A stretch of DNA of 6,063 bases from a virus. Where the stretch lies: the IMG/VR virus record IMGVR_UViG_3300020030_000106, positions 1 to 6,063 of that record, one strand, 5' to 3'. The translations under genes and the position numbers were made by a program. Below are positions 4,532 through 6,063 of this stretch, piece by piece (the first letter of the stretch is position 1; every line of letters starts with the position of its first letter). The notes under the pieces are model-generated. The model saw only the letters and a list, made by a program, of their open reading frames with translations, was not told where the DNA came from and ran no database searches.

Positions 4532-4732
4532 ATGGATAGATTTGATTTTCGTCCTAGATTTTCTCCGATAGTTAATAGTATTCCTTATCGTTATTCTATT
4601 GGTGCATATCGCGGAAAAAAACGAGTTATTATTGCTTGGTTTTCCGACGAAGAACCTGCTAATGATTACCTTGCTCGCTGTCGTTTTGATCATCCTGGTG
4701 TTAAATTTGATTGCCTTCGAAGTTTACTCTAA
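4532..4732 (+). CDS. Hypothetical small protein, 66 aa, stop/start-overlapped with Rep
   Basis: ATG 4532; TAA 4730..4732 overlaps Rep ATG 4732..4734 (TAATG). T-rich third codon positions resume exactly here. The track start (GTG 4409) lies in the G3-rich structured spacer and is less likely. Confidence 0.5.
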   Translation: MDRFDFRPRFSPIVNSIPYRYSIGAYRGKKRVIIAWFSDEEPANDYLARCRFDHPGVKFDCLRSLL

Positions 4733-5802
4733 TGCCCTGTTCATCGCCCATATGGATACGGAATCGCCGTTATTTCGACAAGAAGAATCCTTGTCGCAAC
4801 GGTTCTGATGTCGCAAGGTCTGCTCTTGCCCTTCGGCCCTGGGATGTCGCACGCCAATGGCTTATGGTCCCCTGCGGAAAGTGCGAAGACTGTCTTCGTC
4901 GTCAGCGTAATGATTGGTTTGTGCGCCTGGAGCGCGAACTTGCTTTTTGCAAGGCTAATGATCAGCAGGCTATTTTCATTACAATAACGATCGCCCCGAA
5001 GTATTATAATGAGGCCCTGCTTAATCCTTCTCGATTTATTCGTCGATTCAATGAGCGTTTGCGTCATAAACTTGGTCATTCGTTTAAACATGCTTTTTTC
5101 CAGGAGTTTGGAACTCACCCGGAAACAGGAAACGAACCTCGATTGCATTTTCATGGCTTCCTTTTTGCGACAAATGCCCTTTACAACACTATTCGTTCGG
5201 CCGTTCGAGACCTTGGCTTTGTGTGGTTAGCGAAGGCTACTCACAAGCGTGCTCGTTATTGCGTTAAGTACGTTACTAAACAAATTCATTTTAATCCCGA
5301 AGAAATTTCGGATAAATATGTTACTGTAGATGGAAAACCTACACCTTTATCTTGCCTCCTCCAACATCGCCGCTATACGCGAAAATTCGTATCTGCTGGC
5401 GTTGGTGATTTTCTTGGTTATATGCCTCGCCCTTCTGCTCGTGTTTCGTCGTGGTCTTATTTCGATCTTAAGACTGGTATCGATTATAATTACTCGATTC
5501 CTCGATATTATCTTAAATATCTCAAACCGGAAGACGAAGTTGCTCGCTCAATTACCGCTGCTGATGCTTATGCACGTTTTAGCAAGTCTTCTTTGGTTAA
5601 GCGTATTGTGTCTCTGTGCGTTGAGCGGTTCGCCCTCAATTCCGCCGTATCCCGTAGAGCATCGTATACGTGGGAACAGAAGCAAATGATGCGCTTTTCC
5701 GAATCTTCGCGGAAGATGCCCGACTTTGACCCTCCCACCTGGCTGGATTTGGATATTCTTCGGTTCTGGAGAGATCATTATAAACTTCAACTAATTACTT
5801 AA
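4732..5802 (+). CDS. VP4: Rolling-circle replication initiation protein (Microviridae VP4, phiX A-like HUH endonuclease), 356 aa
   Basis: ATG 4732 gives MPCSSPIWIRN..., a typical VP4 N-terminus (the track start 4711 is a TTG). Supporting motifs are the Cys cluster PCGKCEDCLRRQRNDW, motif 1 FITITI, the HUH motif HFH at 5146..5154 (RLHFHGFLF), and the two-tyrosine motif YCVKYVTK at 5257..5280 with the Y-x-x-x-Y spacing of the phiX174 A active site. TAA at 5800..5802. Confidence 0.93.
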   Translation: MPCSSPIWIRNRRYFDKKNPCRNGSDVARSALALRPWDVARQWLMVPCGKCEDCLRRQRNDWFVRLERELAFCKANDQQAIFITITIAPKYYNEALLNPSRFIRRFNERLRHKLGHSFKHAFFQEFGTHPETGNEPRLHFHGFLFATNALYNTIRSAVRDLGFVWLAKATHKRARYCVKYVTKQIHFNPEEISDKYVTVDGKPTPLSCLLQHRRYTRKFVSAGVGDFLGYMPRPSARVSSWSYFDLKTGIDYNYSIPRYYLKYLKPEDEVARSITAADAYARFSKSSLVKRIVSLCVERFALNSAVSRRASYTWEQKQMMRFSESSRKMPDFDPPTWLDLDILRFWRDHYKLQLIT

Positions 5803-5805
5803 TTT

Positions 5806-6063
5806 ATGGGAAAACAACCTTTTATTTCTCACGCTGTAAATGGCTATTCTCGTTACGATGTTCCTGAGAGTAAGGCCTTTACGTGCACACCGGGTATTTT
5901 GTATCCAGTGCGAATCGATTTTATTAATGCTCGAGATCGTGTATCTATTGAGCAGGGCATCGACGTTCGCAGTAATCCACTCGCTGTTCCGACGTTCAAT
6001 CCCTACACTATTCGACTCCATCGTTTTTGGGTGCCGCTTCAGTTGTATCATCCTGAATTGAGG
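5806..6063 (+). CDS. VP1: Major capsid protein, N-terminal part (runs off the window end; 5943..6063 duplicates 1..121)
   Basis: ATG 5806 lies 3 nt after the Rep stop. The frame is open to the window end, so it is absent from the ORF track, which requires a stop. Translation: MGKQPFISHAVNGYSRYDVPESKAFTCTPGILYPVRIDFINARDRVSIEQGIDVRSNPLAVPTFNPYTIRLHRFWVPLQLYHPELR. Nt 5943 is a third codon position, which matches frame 2 at nt 1..2. Confidence 0.85.
   Translation, partial: MGKQPFISHAVNGYSRYDVPESKAFTCTPGILYPVRIDFINARDRVSIEQGIDVRSNPLAVPTFNPYTIRLHRFWVPLQLYHPELR
5943..6063 (+). repeat. Terminal direct repeat, copy 2 (identical to 1..121)
   Basis: Exact 121-nt identity with the window start. Confidence 0.97.

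Noticed and set aside
5915-5935. ATTTTATTAATGC, vaguely resembling the phiX174 origin core (CAACTTGATATTAATAAC).
   Set aside because: Only the ATTAAT core is shared. It is an A/T-rich hexamer expected by chance, and it lies in the capsid N-terminal coding region. The Rep nick site cannot be assigned from sequence alone.

Overview
The window holds one complete, circularly permuted genome of a small ssDNA phage of the family Microviridae (not phiX-like; gokusho/alpa-like gene set), plus an assembly overlap. Positions 1..121 are identical to 5943..6063, so the unit genome is 5,942 nt. All credible genes lie on the + strand and are tightly packed. In order they are: the major capsid protein, split by the linearisation point (N-terminus 5806..6063, remainder 2..1663, 599 aa when joined); a 98-aa acidic protein; a 63-aa predicted lipoprotein; a 419-aa VP2/H-like pilot protein; two ORFs I cannot assign (103 and 107 aa); a ~240-nt G+C- and CpG-enriched, hairpin-dense spacer (4289..4531) of unresolved coding status; a 66-aa ORF whose TAA overlaps the Rep ATG (TAATG); and a 356-aa VP4/A-like HUH rolling-circle Rep. 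I found no rRNA, tRNA, CRISPR array, integrase or transposase. All nine minus-strand ORFs in the track are in codon register with + strand genes, so I read them as antisense shadows. The items most worth follow-up are the small lipoprotein (a candidate lysis/release protein in a phage group with no known lysis gene), the structured spacer with its compact three-way junction and an Arg-rich antisense ORF, the two orphan ORFs between VP2 and Rep, and a nested stem plus T-run after the capsid module. Functional calls other than capsid, pilot and Rep are inference from sequence only. No database search was possible.
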